Part shown: one piece after another, positions 1 through 9,016 of the stretch
Layout of the letters: every line of letters begins with the position of its first letter
How positions within the stretch are numbered: the stretch's first letter is position 1
Assembly (NCBI GenBank): GCA_965267575.1
Contig: OZ254086.1
Coordinates: 4,288,001 to 4,352,000, forward strand
From: Calditrichales bacterium
GTDB lineage: Bacteria > Calditrichota > Calditrichia > Calditrichales > J004
Reading direction: 5' to 3'
DNA length: 64,000 bases
Notes under the pieces: model-generated
Seen by the model: the letters and a program-made list of their open reading frames with translations, nothing else
Databases searched by the model: none
Told to the model about the DNA's origin: nothing
Program-made: the position numbers and the translations under genes

Positions 1-567
1 CTTGCGGATATTATCAATATCACCGCCAAGAACCAGGTCATCTCGCCTTTTGGCCAGTGCGATAAACAGCGCCAAAAGAAAGGTAATTGTAATAATCCAT
101 ACGGATAACTCTACGTCTGTCGCGGCACTTCCGGCGTATAACCTGAGCACGAATCCAACTGCTATTATTAGTATGTCTATAAGGGCAAAATGCTTTAATT
201 TGATCGAATAAAAGACATTTAAAAAAAAGTATATCGCTAATACAAAAAACAACGCTTTATCAACAAAGTAAGAAGCTGTTAAAGAAAAAACTGCCAGAGC
301 AATAAAAGCTATTAAGGCTTTTGATTTTGAAATATTACCGGCAGCAATAGGCCTGTTCTTTTTTACCGGATGCTTTTTATCCTCCTCAACATCCATAACA
401 TCATTTAATACGTATACGCTGCTCGCCAAAAGCGAAAAGAGGATAAAAGCTTCAACCGCATTTAAAAAGCTTGCCCATTGAAAGTTAAATGAGAATAGCA
501 AGGGCGCAAAAATAAACAGGTTTTTTATATAATGATGCGGCCTGAGCAGATAAATAATTTGTTTCAT
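1..567 (-). CDS. UbiA-family prenyltransferase / decaprenyl-phosphate phosphoribosyltransferase-like (3' end runs off window)
   Basis: Not in the ORF track. Manual translation from ATG at 567: MKQIIYLLRPHHYIKNLFIFAPLLFS...YVLNDVMDVEEDKKHPVKKNRPIAAG...LAKRRDDL; typical NDxxD...DxxHPxKxxRPIAAG motif, hydrophobic, no stop before position 1. Confidence 0.9.
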   Translation of the reverse strand, partial: MKQIIYLLRPHHYIKNLFIFAPLLFSFNFQWASFLNAVEAFILFSLLASSVYVLNDVMDVEEDKKHPVKKNRPIAAGNISKSKALIAFIALAVFSLTASYFVDKALFFVLAIYFFLNVFYSIKLKHFALIDILIIAVGFVLRLYAGSAATDVELSVWIITITFLLALFIALAKRRDDLVLGGDIDNIRK

Positions 568-600
568 GATCTCAGGAAATATTCCGGAAAGCGTGGCATT

Positions 601-1932
601 TTAGGGCCAGTTTACTTTTTCTGTTAAGTAGTCAGAAAAATCAACGGTGCTGCCAAGCTGCGGATCATCATTTGAGTCATAAATACGTGCTGCAATATCA
701 GACTCCTGAAAAGCATCCCAGAAGTTCATCGTAAAGTCATACACAGCTTCCGTAAACGGCGCAATAACGACATAAGACTCACTAAATAAAAAATTATTGT
801 AATGCGCCTTTACATAACCCCTCTCCCGTATTCGGATGTGTACATTATTATTCTTAAAGTCGTTATTTAAGACATTAACTCTTGACTCCAGACTAGTGAA
901 GCCGGGGTTAACGCTAATGGCATTTTCAAAGTTTTCAAATACGTTTTCCCGTATTTCAGAATTATCATCGTTTATAGCAACGTACCCATTTTCGCCAGCT
1001 CCTTTTACTACATTTCTCGTAAAATTAATATTAGCGGTCCGCGAGTAAATGGCTGTCTCGCATCCGGCAAAAATGCAATTATTAATAAAAAGGCTGTCTG
1101 TATTTAGAACGTCTATGCCTGTAGTATTATCAGCAAAATAAGATTGTTCTAGGCTAACCTGGCTGCTACCGTTAATATAAATAGGGTTTTTAGTATTAAT
1201 AAAATACAAATGTTTAAGTTCTATCTTATGCGCTGATTCGATCTCCATATTAAGACTGCTTTGCGTAGTTTCGTTATCATTAAAATAAAAGACTTCAGAA
1301 CCGTTTTGCGTGAACAGGCGCCCTCTTACTATAAGTCTTCCATTGTTTTTAAATAGCAAAGTAACAGGTGTATTTAGAGTCAGCCCGTTATCAGGAAATA
1401 TGGTAACGGTATTATCAATTTCAACGAAAGAGCCGGCAGGTATGTCGTAATCTTGCACCAAACTACCTTTTAACAAAATAACTTCTTTTAACTCCACATC
1501 TGTCGTTTTTTGTGATGTTTCATATATATACTTCCAGCCAAATCCGTTCATTTCTGCAACAATGTTATAAGTGCCGTCTTCCGCCTCGATTTCCCAATTG
1601 CCGTCACCGTCAGTAACTGTTGTATAAAGTGGCTCATGCGCCCGGTGGTCAAATGCAGTTTTTTGAGAAATCTGAAAACCAATCGCAGGGTATTGCTGAT
1701 TAATTCTTTCTAACGCTGTATCCAGCTTAACCGGAGCATAAAGACTTACTTTTACACCACTATAGTCAGTTTGTCCTTCCAGCGTAACCGTGCCGGAAAA
1801 AGTGACTTTTTCGTTTCCGGTTCCCGTTTCACTGCACCGTAAGGTAAAAAGGCCTATAATAAGCAAGGCAACCAAAACACTTCCAAATTTAGTATGCCTG
1901 GCTGCCGCGCTAAAGGCTACACGATAGTTCAT
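601..1932 (-). CDS. Putative lipoprotein with carboxypeptidase-regulatory-like N-terminal domain and right-handed beta-helix (NosD-like) C-terminus
   Basis: ORF 601..2019, likely ATG at 1932 (MNYRVAF). Hydrophobic stretch then Cys (LFTLRC); SGTVTLEGQTDYSGVKVSLY...TDGDGNW; Asn-rich IxxNxF repeats; AT-rich. Confidence 0.65.
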   Translation of the reverse strand: MNYRVAFSAAARHTKFGSVLVALLIIGLFTLRCSETGTGNEKVTFSGTVTLEGQTDYSGVKVSLYAPVKLDTALERINQQYPAIGFQISQKTAFDHRAHEPLYTTVTDGDGNWEIEAEDGTYNIVAEMNGFGWKYIYETSQKTTDVELKEVILLKGSLVQDYDIPAGSFVEIDNTVTIFPDNGLTLNTPVTLLFKNNGRLIVRGRLFTQNGSEVFYFNDNETTQSSLNMEIESAHKIELKHLYFINTKNPIYINGSSQVSLEQSYFADNTTGIDVLNTDSLFINNCIFAGCETAIYSRTANINFTRNVVKGAGENGYVAINDDNSEIRENVFENFENAISVNPGFTSLESRVNVLNNDFKNNNVHIRIRERGYVKAHYNNFLFSESYVVIAPFTEAVYDFTMNFWDAFQESDIAARIYDSNDDPQLGSTVDFSDYLTEKVNWP

Positions 1933-2160
1933 GTCAGTACGCCTATTTTTTAATACTAGGTTGTGAAAAATGTAAGAGCCAATTACTTCTAAGCAAAATA
2001 TGAAAAAGGAGATCGGCAATTCCTAATTCTCAAATTCCCAATTCTCCATTCATCTTGGAGGGGGCTTCGCCACGTCAGGTCGCAAAAGAGAGCAGATAAT
2101 CGTTCGAAACGGAGCAAAGTTTATCACTGTAAGTGCTTATTTTCAAATGAATTTAAAGAA

Positions 2161-2863
2161 AATTACGAATGTCGAATTACGAATTATAAATGGGCGTAAG
2201 CAGAAGTGATGAAGTGATGAGGTGATGAAGTAACAAAGTGACGGGGTGACGGGGACGGGGTGACCGGGAAGACAGGTTACGGGGTAACGGGGTGACACCC
2301 CCATCCCGTCATTCTGAACCACACCATACGTCATTCTGAACTCGTTTCAGAATCTCTCCCCCGTCCTATGAAGAAGATCCTGAAATAAATTCAGGATGAC
2401 GACACAGGGAAGTAACCGGGTAACGGAGTGACCGGGTGACCCGGTAAGAAACCATCGTGATTTTTTACTTCGTTACTTCGTCACTTCGTAACTTCTTCCA
2501 CTTCGTCATTCTGAACGACCCAGCCCGTCATTCTGAACTCGTTTCAGAATCTCTCGACAAAGACTGTCATTTCGAACGAATGTGAAAAATCCCGTCAGCA
2601 GCCGCATCCTGGATTTCTCACCCCTATCGGGGATTCGAAATGACACAAACCGCACTTTCCTTCCCTCAGGCTAAGGGAAGGATGCCCTTCAGGGCAGGAT
2701 AGGTTCGCGTCTCCCCCAGCTCGTCATTCTGAACTCGTTTCAGAATCTATGCCCCGTCCTGTGAAAAATATCCTGAAATAAATTCAGGATGACTACAGCG
2801 CGTGAAACTCTTAACCCGTCACCCGGTTACTCCGTCACCCCGTAACCTCTTCCATCCCGTTAC
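2161..2863. repeat. Mosaic palindromic repeat array 1
   Basis: Starts with TTACGAA heptamers and GTRACGGG/GAAGTGAT octamers. CGTCATTCTGAACTCGTTTCAGAATCT at 2329, 2526, 2722; inverted partner GATCCTGAAATAAATTCAGGATGAC at ~2375, ~2768; TGTCATTTCGAA pair at 2565/2612; CCTTCCCTYAGGCTAAGGGAAGG module at 2656. Confidence 0.95.
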
Positions 2864-3238
2864 CTAATTCCCAATTCTACTCGCCTGCCAGGCCAGCCAG
2901 AGCCAACCAAAAAGAAAGGCCAGTCCGCCTAATGGCGTAATAGCTCCCAGCCAGCGCATGTTTGTAACCGCCAGCAAATAAAGGCTGCCACTGAAGATGA
3001 TGATTCCCGCAACAAAGCCCCAACCGGCCGGCCCCAGGTTAAGCTGCGTAAATTGCTTCTGCAGAATGGCCGTGCCCAGCAATGCCAGCGTATGAAACAT
3101 CTGATAAAGCACCGCCTTCTCCCAAATCGATCGGCTGTAGGCATCAAGCACATCGCGCAGCCCATGGGCGCCAAACGCTCCCAACGCGACAACAACAAAA
3201 CCGCTTACCCCGGCGAGAATAAGAAATAGATTACTCAT
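2864..3238 (-). CDS. DUF423 (YgdD/TMEM256-like) small membrane protein
   Basis: Signature ALGAFGAHGL...YQMFH...FSGSLY...LGAITPLGG; four TM segments. Confidence 0.92.
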   Translation of the reverse strand: MSNLFLILAGVSGFVVVALGAFGAHGLRDVLDAYSRSIWEKAVLYQMFHTLALLGTAILQKQFTQLNLGPAGWGFVAGIIIFSGSLYLLAVTNMRWLGAITPLGGLAFLFGWLWLAWQASRIGN

Positions 3239-3267
3239 AAAACCCCGTTTTTTTTTGCGAATTTTGG

Positions 3268-4235
3268 AATTACGGATTACGAATGAATATGAACGGTTAT
3301 CGTCATTTTAAACTCGTTTCAGAATCTCTCGACAAACACTGGCATTTCGAACGAAACGTGAGAAATCTCGATAGCAGACGCATCCTGGATTTCTCACCCC
3401 TATCAGGGATTCGAAATGATACAAATCGCTCTTTCCTTCCCTTAGGCTAAGGGAAGGATGCCCGCCAGGGCAGGATGGGTTCGCTCCCCCCACTCGTCAT
3501 TCTGAACTGCCGGCATACGTCATTCTGAACTCGTTTCAGAATCTATGCCTCGTCCTATGAAGAAGATCCTGAAATAAATTCAGGATGACGACAAGAGGAA
3601 AGTAACAGGGTGACCGGGTAACAAGAAAGGAAACCCTCGTTGCTCTTTTCAACTTCGTTACTTCGTCACCTTGTCACTTCGTAACCTTCTTCAACAGATG
3701 TATCCCAGATTTCTCACCCCTGTCGGGGATTCGAAATGACACAAATCGCTCTTTCCTTCCCTTAGGCTAAGGGAAGGATGCCCGCCAGGGCAGGATGGGT
3801 TCGCTCCCCCCAGCCCGTCATTCTGAACTCGTTTCAGAATCTATCCCCCGTCCTGTGAAAAAGATCCTGAAATAAATCCAGGATGACGACAAGAGGAAAG
3901 TAACAGGGTGACCGGGTAACCGGGTAACAAGAAGGAAACCCTCGTTGCTCTTTTCAACTTCGTTACTTCGTCACCTTGTCACTTCGTAACCTTCTTCAAC
4001 AGATGTATCCCAGATTTCTCACCCCTGTCGGAGATTCGAAATGACAAAAACCGCTCTTTCCTTCCCTTAGGCTAAGGGAAGGATGCCCTTCAGGGCAGGA
4101 TGGGTTCGCTCCCGTCACATGCCAGAGATCCTGAAATAAATCCAGGATGACGACAGCGCGTGAAACTCTCAACCCGTCACCCGGTTACTCCGTCACCCCG
4201 TAACCTCTTCCATCCCGTAACCTCTTCCCGCTCCG
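3268..4235. repeat. Mosaic palindromic repeat array 2 with internal ~305-320-bp tandem duplication
   Basis: Same modules as array 1. GATTTCTCACCCCTRTCRGRGATTCGAAATGA recurs at 3388, 3708, 4013; 3518-3815 is nearly identical to 3816-4110. Confidence 0.95.
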
Positions 4236-6905
4236 TCACTCCCGAACCCAAACCCGCACACTCTCCCCGGGCAGTGTGAAGCTGTGGCTGCGGGCCAGCA
4301 GAGCGGACCATTGGACGCCCTCAATACCCTGCACATCCACGCGGTCATTGTTGGCCACCAGCTTCCAAGTGCCTTCCGGTAAATTGACATCAAAGGCACC
4401 TTCCGTTTTGTCCGTATTTAGCAACACAAAAATATTGTTATTGATGATGTAGCCAAGCAACAACGGGTTTGCAGGCTCGATCCAGGTATAGTAATCATCC
4501 GCGGGTTTTTCGGCTATGCGCAGCACCTTGCCGTATTCAGAGAGGCGCAGTTCAATCAGGCCTTTCCAGAAGGCGTTCATGTTGGCGTAGTTGCAGTTAA
4601 TGCCTTCTCCATCGCCAATGTTGCGGCCCAGGTTTTCCCAGACAAATTCGTTGGCCCGCGCCAGGTTGTAGGTGTCGCGTTTACCATGAATGTAGATTGG
4701 ACCGGTTTTCGTATACTTTATAAGCTGCACCAGCGGCGCCACACCCTTACTACGCATAAACTCGCTGCCGCCATGCAATACAATCGGCCCGGGCGATGTA
4801 AACAGCATCGTCGCCGCAATCTTGTAGGCGGCTTCGTCCACGCCCTGTCTGCCGTCCCAATCCGTCGTTGCAAAGCGGTCGGCCAGCGCCCAGTTATCAT
4901 GGATATCCAGATAGTTGATGCCGGAAACAGGCGTGTCATCATCAGGGAAGCCGGCGCTCAGGGCTAGTTTTACATCGTCCCTGTTGCCGTCGCCGCCGGC
5001 ATAGCCGCGATCCGTCGATTTATTTTGCGGCACCGAGGTTGGACCTTTAAAGGCATTACGGGCATCATCCTGGAAAAATATGATCGGTGAATCGGCCTTG
5101 TACCAGTCCCAATCGGGGTTGTTTTCATAATCGGGGTCGGCGGAAGCAATCCACGGCTCGCCGTAAACAATTTTATCCGGTCCCAGGGCTTCGCGCAGGG
5201 CCAGCAGCGTCTGCTCGTCGGTCTGCCCGGCCAGGTCAATGCGCACGCCATCAATACCGTATTGATGCACCATGTCTGTTACCTGCTCAATGATCCAGCG
5301 CTGCATCATCGGGCGCTCTTCACTTTTCGTTTCGGTACCGTATTCGCCCAGGTAATCCAGCTCGTCATCGGTGCGGTAAAAATAAGGCACATCGATCGCG
5401 GAAAAGTTAAAATACATCATGCGGGCATCCATGCGTTCGGCTGTGTGATTAAACACTACATCAACAATGACGGCGATGCCCTTGTCATGAAACGCCTGAA
5501 CCAGGTCGCGGAAGTCTTCATTTTGCGATCCATGCGGCTGCCCCTTAACACGAAAACGACTCTCCAGCGCAAAAGCATGCGATGTGCGGTAACCCCACTG
5601 GTAATTTTCCATGTTGATGCCCTGTTCAATCATATAGGGATCGTTTTTAAAGGCCGCCTGCCACTCATCATTGGGATAATGCAGGTATTCCTGTACGGGC
5701 ATCAGGTGCACCACGTTGATTCCCAGATCCAGCAGGTGGTCAAAGCCGATGGGTTCGCCGGCGCTGTTTGTTAAACCGGGCTCAATAAAGCCCTTAAACG
5801 TTCCCTTAAGCGAATCGGCGATCGGCAAATTGCGTGTAAAATCCTGCACGTGCACTTCATAGGCGATGATGTCTTCGGGTTTTGGAATGCCGTTTTCAAG
5901 CGGGGTCGCCGGCTTCATCTCCGGCCAGATGCGCGCCGGGCCAAAGCTGTCCAGGCTCACCCGCGCCCAGGGGTCCGTAAAGTGTACGGGATTGGTTTCG
6001 TAGAAGTGATTGCCGGGTTCATCGGGGCCGTGGGCGGTGAAGTCGTAATACCAGCCTTCCCAATTGCCCGGCAGCCTGGCTTCCCAAACGCCGTCCGCGT
6101 CCCTTTTCATATCGATGACTTTGGCGGCACGCTCTCCGGGCTCCTTATACAGGTATAGCTTTATCAAATCTGCGCGCGCGGCAAACAGGCGCACCATGGT
6201 ATGACTGTTTTCGCTATTGAAGTTGGCGCCCAGCTTTTTGCCGCTGTAGGTATGACGAAACCAGCCGTCATAAAAAACAGGCACGGTCTTTTCAAGGTCA
6301 ATCACGGTAAGATAATGCAAACGCCGCGGGTTAACGGGCACAGCCGGGACAATCTGCAGCTCACCGGGTTCGGTGTAAAACAGACGCTCAATGGCGACGC
6401 TGTCGCCGCCGTAGGTTTTGAGAATATAATTTGATGTATCGTAAATATAACGGTCAGGCTTTGCTTCGGGGAATTTAAGACGAATGTCACGCTCACCGGC
6501 AACTTCCGCTATAACGCGCATACGGCGCAAAGTGTGGGCAAACAGCAGATTGCCGCCTTCCACGTTGGGTGCGTCCGCAGGCGGATCCAGCCAGCGGCCG
6601 TCGTTAACACGAAACTTAAACGGGCTCTTCACCGCCACCGTCTCAAAGTCCCTATTGTCGATGGTCAGCATCCATAGCCCGTCCATCTGTTTTTTCAGTT
6701 GCCAGGCTTCATCTTCCATATCCTGCGACCAGCCGCGAAAAGCGCCGGTTACCACCACCCGTTGCGGCGCGATTCCGTAGACCTGTTCATCAAAAACAAA
6801 AGTCACCCGGTCTTCATCCATCACATAGCCTGTTAATGACGCCTCCTGCTGCGCCGCCAGCATAACAAAACCACCCAAGAGTACCCATACCATTCGCCGA
6901 AACAT
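4236..6905 (-). CDS. Secreted GH13 pullulanase / glycogen-debranching-type alpha-glucanase with N-terminal CBM48-like domains
   Basis: Signal peptide; YEVHVQDF, VHLMPVQE, YQWGY, DVVFNHT, DGVRIDL (nucleophile Asp), YGEPW (acid/base Glu), YLDIHDN. Confidence 0.88.
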   Translation of the reverse strand: MFRRMVWVLLGGFVMLAAQQEASLTGYVMDEDRVTFVFDEQVYGIAPQRVVVTGAFRGWSQDMEDEAWQLKKQMDGLWMLTIDNRDFETVAVKSPFKFRVNDGRWLDPPADAPNVEGGNLLFAHTLRRMRVIAEVAGERDIRLKFPEAKPDRYIYDTSNYILKTYGGDSVAIERLFYTEPGELQIVPAVPVNPRRLHYLTVIDLEKTVPVFYDGWFRHTYSGKKLGANFNSENSHTMVRLFAARADLIKLYLYKEPGERAAKVIDMKRDADGVWEARLPGNWEGWYYDFTAHGPDEPGNHFYETNPVHFTDPWARVSLDSFGPARIWPEMKPATPLENGIPKPEDIIAYEVHVQDFTRNLPIADSLKGTFKGFIEPGLTNSAGEPIGFDHLLDLGINVVHLMPVQEYLHYPNDEWQAAFKNDPYMIEQGINMENYQWGYRTSHAFALESRFRVKGQPHGSQNEDFRDLVQAFHDKGIAVIVDVVFNHTAERMDARMMYFNFSAIDVPYFYRTDDELDYLGEYGTETKSEERPMMQRWIIEQVTDMVHQYGIDGVRIDLAGQTDEQTLLALREALGPDKIVYGEPWIASADPDYENNPDWDWYKADSPIIFFQDDARNAFKGPTSVPQNKSTDRGYAGGDGNRDDVKLALSAGFPDDDTPVSGINYLDIHDNWALADRFATTDWDGRQGVDEAAYKIAATMLFTSPGPIVLHGGSEFMRSKGVAPLVQLIKYTKTGPIYIHGKRDTYNLARANEFVWENLGRNIGDGEGINCNYANMNAFWKGLIELRLSEYGKVLRIAEKPADDYYTWIEPANPLLLGYIINNNIFVLLNTDKTEGAFDVNLPEGTWKLVANNDRVDVQGIEGVQWSALLARSHSFTLPGESVRVWVRE

Positions 6906-6961
6906 TCTATTTGTCTCCTGTTAAATCAATGAGTTGTTAAAATAAGAAAAATATCAAAGCA

Positions 6962-7630
6962 AATTACGAATTACGAATGTTGATCTCCCTATAAGGAAGT
7001 AACCGTGATGAAGTAAAAAAGTAACGGGGTAACCGGGTGACGGAGTAACACCCCCGTCCTTTCATTCTGAACCACCGCCTACGTCATTCTGAACTCGTTT
7101 CAGAATTTACGCCCCCTTTCCACAAAAACACCTTGGTTGTCATTTCAAACGAAGTGAGAAATCCAGGCAACATACGCATCCCGGATTTCTCACCCCTATC
7201 GGGGATTCGAAATGACACAAACGCATTTTCCTTCCTTTAGGCTAAGGGAAAGGATGCCCGCCAGGGCAGGATGGGCTCGTCTCCCGTAACCCCGTCACTC
7301 CGTTACCCCGTAACCTCTTCCATATCCGTCATTCTGAACTCGTTTCAGAATCCCCACTCGTCCCATGCCGGAGATCCTGAAATAAACCCAGGATGACGAT
7401 ACAAGTAATTCCCCCTTATCAAAGAGCCTGCCCGCCTTTGGCGTGGGGGCAGGGGGTTGTCCATCTGTATTCTACCATCTGCCCCAATTCACAACCCCTT
7501 AATCCCCTTTTTTAAGGGGAGACAACTCTTTTCCTTCCCTTAGGCTAAGGGAAGGATGCCAGTCAGGGCAGGATGGGTTCGTCTCCCGTCACCCCGTCAC
7601 TCTGTCACCCGTAACCTCGTAACCACCCGC
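6962..7630. repeat. Mosaic palindromic repeat array 3
   Basis: TTACGAA heptamers at 6962, octamers, CGTC module at 7082 and 7327 (partner 7372), TGTC pair 7138/7184, CCTTCCCTTAGG module at 7227 and 7530, CCCCCTT..AAGGGG module at 7408-7520. Confidence 0.95.
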
Positions 7631-7639
7631 AACACTGGA

Positions 7640-7668
7640 TTGACAACAATCATCTCTTATATTATTAC
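7640..7668 (+). promoter_or_regulatory. Putative sigma70 promoter for the DUF5674-like gene pair
   Basis: Perfect TTGACA (7640-7645), 17-bp spacer, imperfect TATTAC (7663-7668), ~21 bp before ATG 7690. Confidence 0.45.
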
Positions 7669-7689
7669 AACAGAAAACGAAAGAGAAGC

Positions 7690-8037
7690 ATGCAAATTAT
7701 CGATAAACCCGTTTCACTTGCACACGTGATCAAAAGCTGCAGCCACCTTTTTGACGACATGGTAAAAATCGTAGTAGATATTGAAAAAGAGACCGTCGGA
7801 ATAGATGCGGAAATGCATGCGGATCTGGAAGCTGAAATGCTGGAACAGGGATCAAAGCAAAGCAGCCTATGGGGTGCGAATATTTACTTTAATAAAAGCG
7901 GTGAAGATTTTATTGAATACACATCTTTTATTAATATCCGTCCGCGCGAGAATAACCGCGGAATGGAAGTAATGGATGAAAATGTGCGTAATAAGATTCG
8001 CCAAATCGTAGAAAGAATATTCCTTAAAGACTCATGA
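7690..8037 (+). CDS. DUF5674-like protein
   Basis: 115 aa; MVKIVVDIEK...EMHADLEA.MLEQGS.QSSLWGAN...IEYTSFINIRPRENNRGMEV resembles the DUF5674 pattern as I recall it. Confidence 0.8.
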   Translation: MQIIDKPVSLAHVIKSCSHLFDDMVKIVVDIEKETVGIDAEMHADLEAEMLEQGSKQSSLWGANIYFNKSGEDFIEYTSFINIRPRENNRGMEVMDENVRNKIRQIVERIFLKDS

Positions 8038-8384
8038 GCAAAACAAGCCAACATAACAGCCTCACGCCTGAGCGCTGGCAACAGCTGCCTCCTTTTCAGC
8101 AAATCCTGATGATTGCAAACGAGCTTAACCGTGCCGGCAACTGGCTCAATAAGCGACAATATAAGGAGGCTAAATCGTGCCATGAACGTGCCCTGGAGCT
8201 GACATCTCTCACCCTCGAAGATAATCAGTGGCAAAACAAGCGCCGCGAACTGGCCCGGTTTAAAGAGATAACCGCTACCTTATACGCGGACCCGGCACCC
8301 GATGCTGCCCTGAACACCCAACTCATGAAATGCCTGATCGCTTTAGAACCACAAGCGTGGCACATGATGTACGGCCAAGAATAA
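8034..8384 (+). CDS. Hypothetical alpha-helical protein, translationally coupled to the DUF5674-like gene
   Basis: ATGA overlap at 8034-8037; 116 aa with RWQQL...QILMIANELNRA...ERALEL...RELARFKE, predicted helical bundle. Confidence 0.7.
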   Translation: MSKTSQHNSLTPERWQQLPPFQQILMIANELNRAGNWLNKRQYKEAKSCHERALELTSLTLEDNQWQNKRRELARFKEITATLYADPAPDAALNTQLMKCLIALEPQAWHMMYGQE

Positions 8385-8391
8385 TAATGTC

Positions 8392-8879
8392 CGCCATCCT
8401 GAACGATATCATGCCGTCATTCTGAACTCCAGTCCTCAAAAACACCTGATTGTCATTTCGAACAAAGTGAGAAATCCCGACAACAGATGTATCCAAGATT
8501 TCTCACCCCTATCGGGGATTCGAAATGAAACAAATACTCTTTCCTTCCCTTAGGCTAAGGGAAGGATGCCCGGCTGGGCAGGATGGGTTCGTCTCCCGTA
8601 ACCCCGTCACTACGTTACCCCGTAACCTCTTCACCATTCCGTCATTCTGAACTCGTTTCAGAATCTAATCCCGCACTGTGAAAAAGATCCTGAAATAAAC
8701 CCAGGATGACGATACAAGTAATTCCCCCTTATCAAAGAGCCTGCCCGCCTTTGGCGGGGGGCAGGGGGTTGTCTCCCTCTGTATTCTACCACCTGCCCCT
8801 ATTCACAACCCCTTAGTCCCCTTTTTTAAGGGGAGACAACTCTTCCTTTCCTTAGGCTAAGGGCAGGATGGGCTCGTCT
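8392..8879. repeat. Mosaic palindromic repeat array 4 (direct repeat of array 3)
   Basis: 8437-8879 aligns module-for-module with 7123-7584. Confidence 0.95.
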
Positions 8880-9016
8880 GTCGATTTATTCAGAACATAT
8901 TTGTTTTCTAAAGCCAACGGAATGTAAACCTTACAATAATAAAACAATGGCTTCACGCGCTTCTTATCATTTCGCGTCAAATTCCGGCTTAGAAATAATT
9001 CATCCGGATTTGTAAA

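Noticed and set aside
2143..4399. Short ORFs 2143..2334, 3308..3493 and 4193..4399
   Set aside because: Translations of repeat DNA or alternate frames of the pullulanase gene; no protein-like features.
2161..8879. CRISPR array interpretation of the recurring 27-bp palindrome
   Set aside because: Spacing is irregular, the intervening sequences are themselves repeats, inverted partners occur, and no cas genes are present.
8930..8970. Possible 11-bp-period Pho-like repeats before the metallophosphoesterase
   Set aside because: Hexamers (CTTACA, AAAACA, TTCACG) are too degenerate and the spacing to a -10 element does not match the clearer cases.
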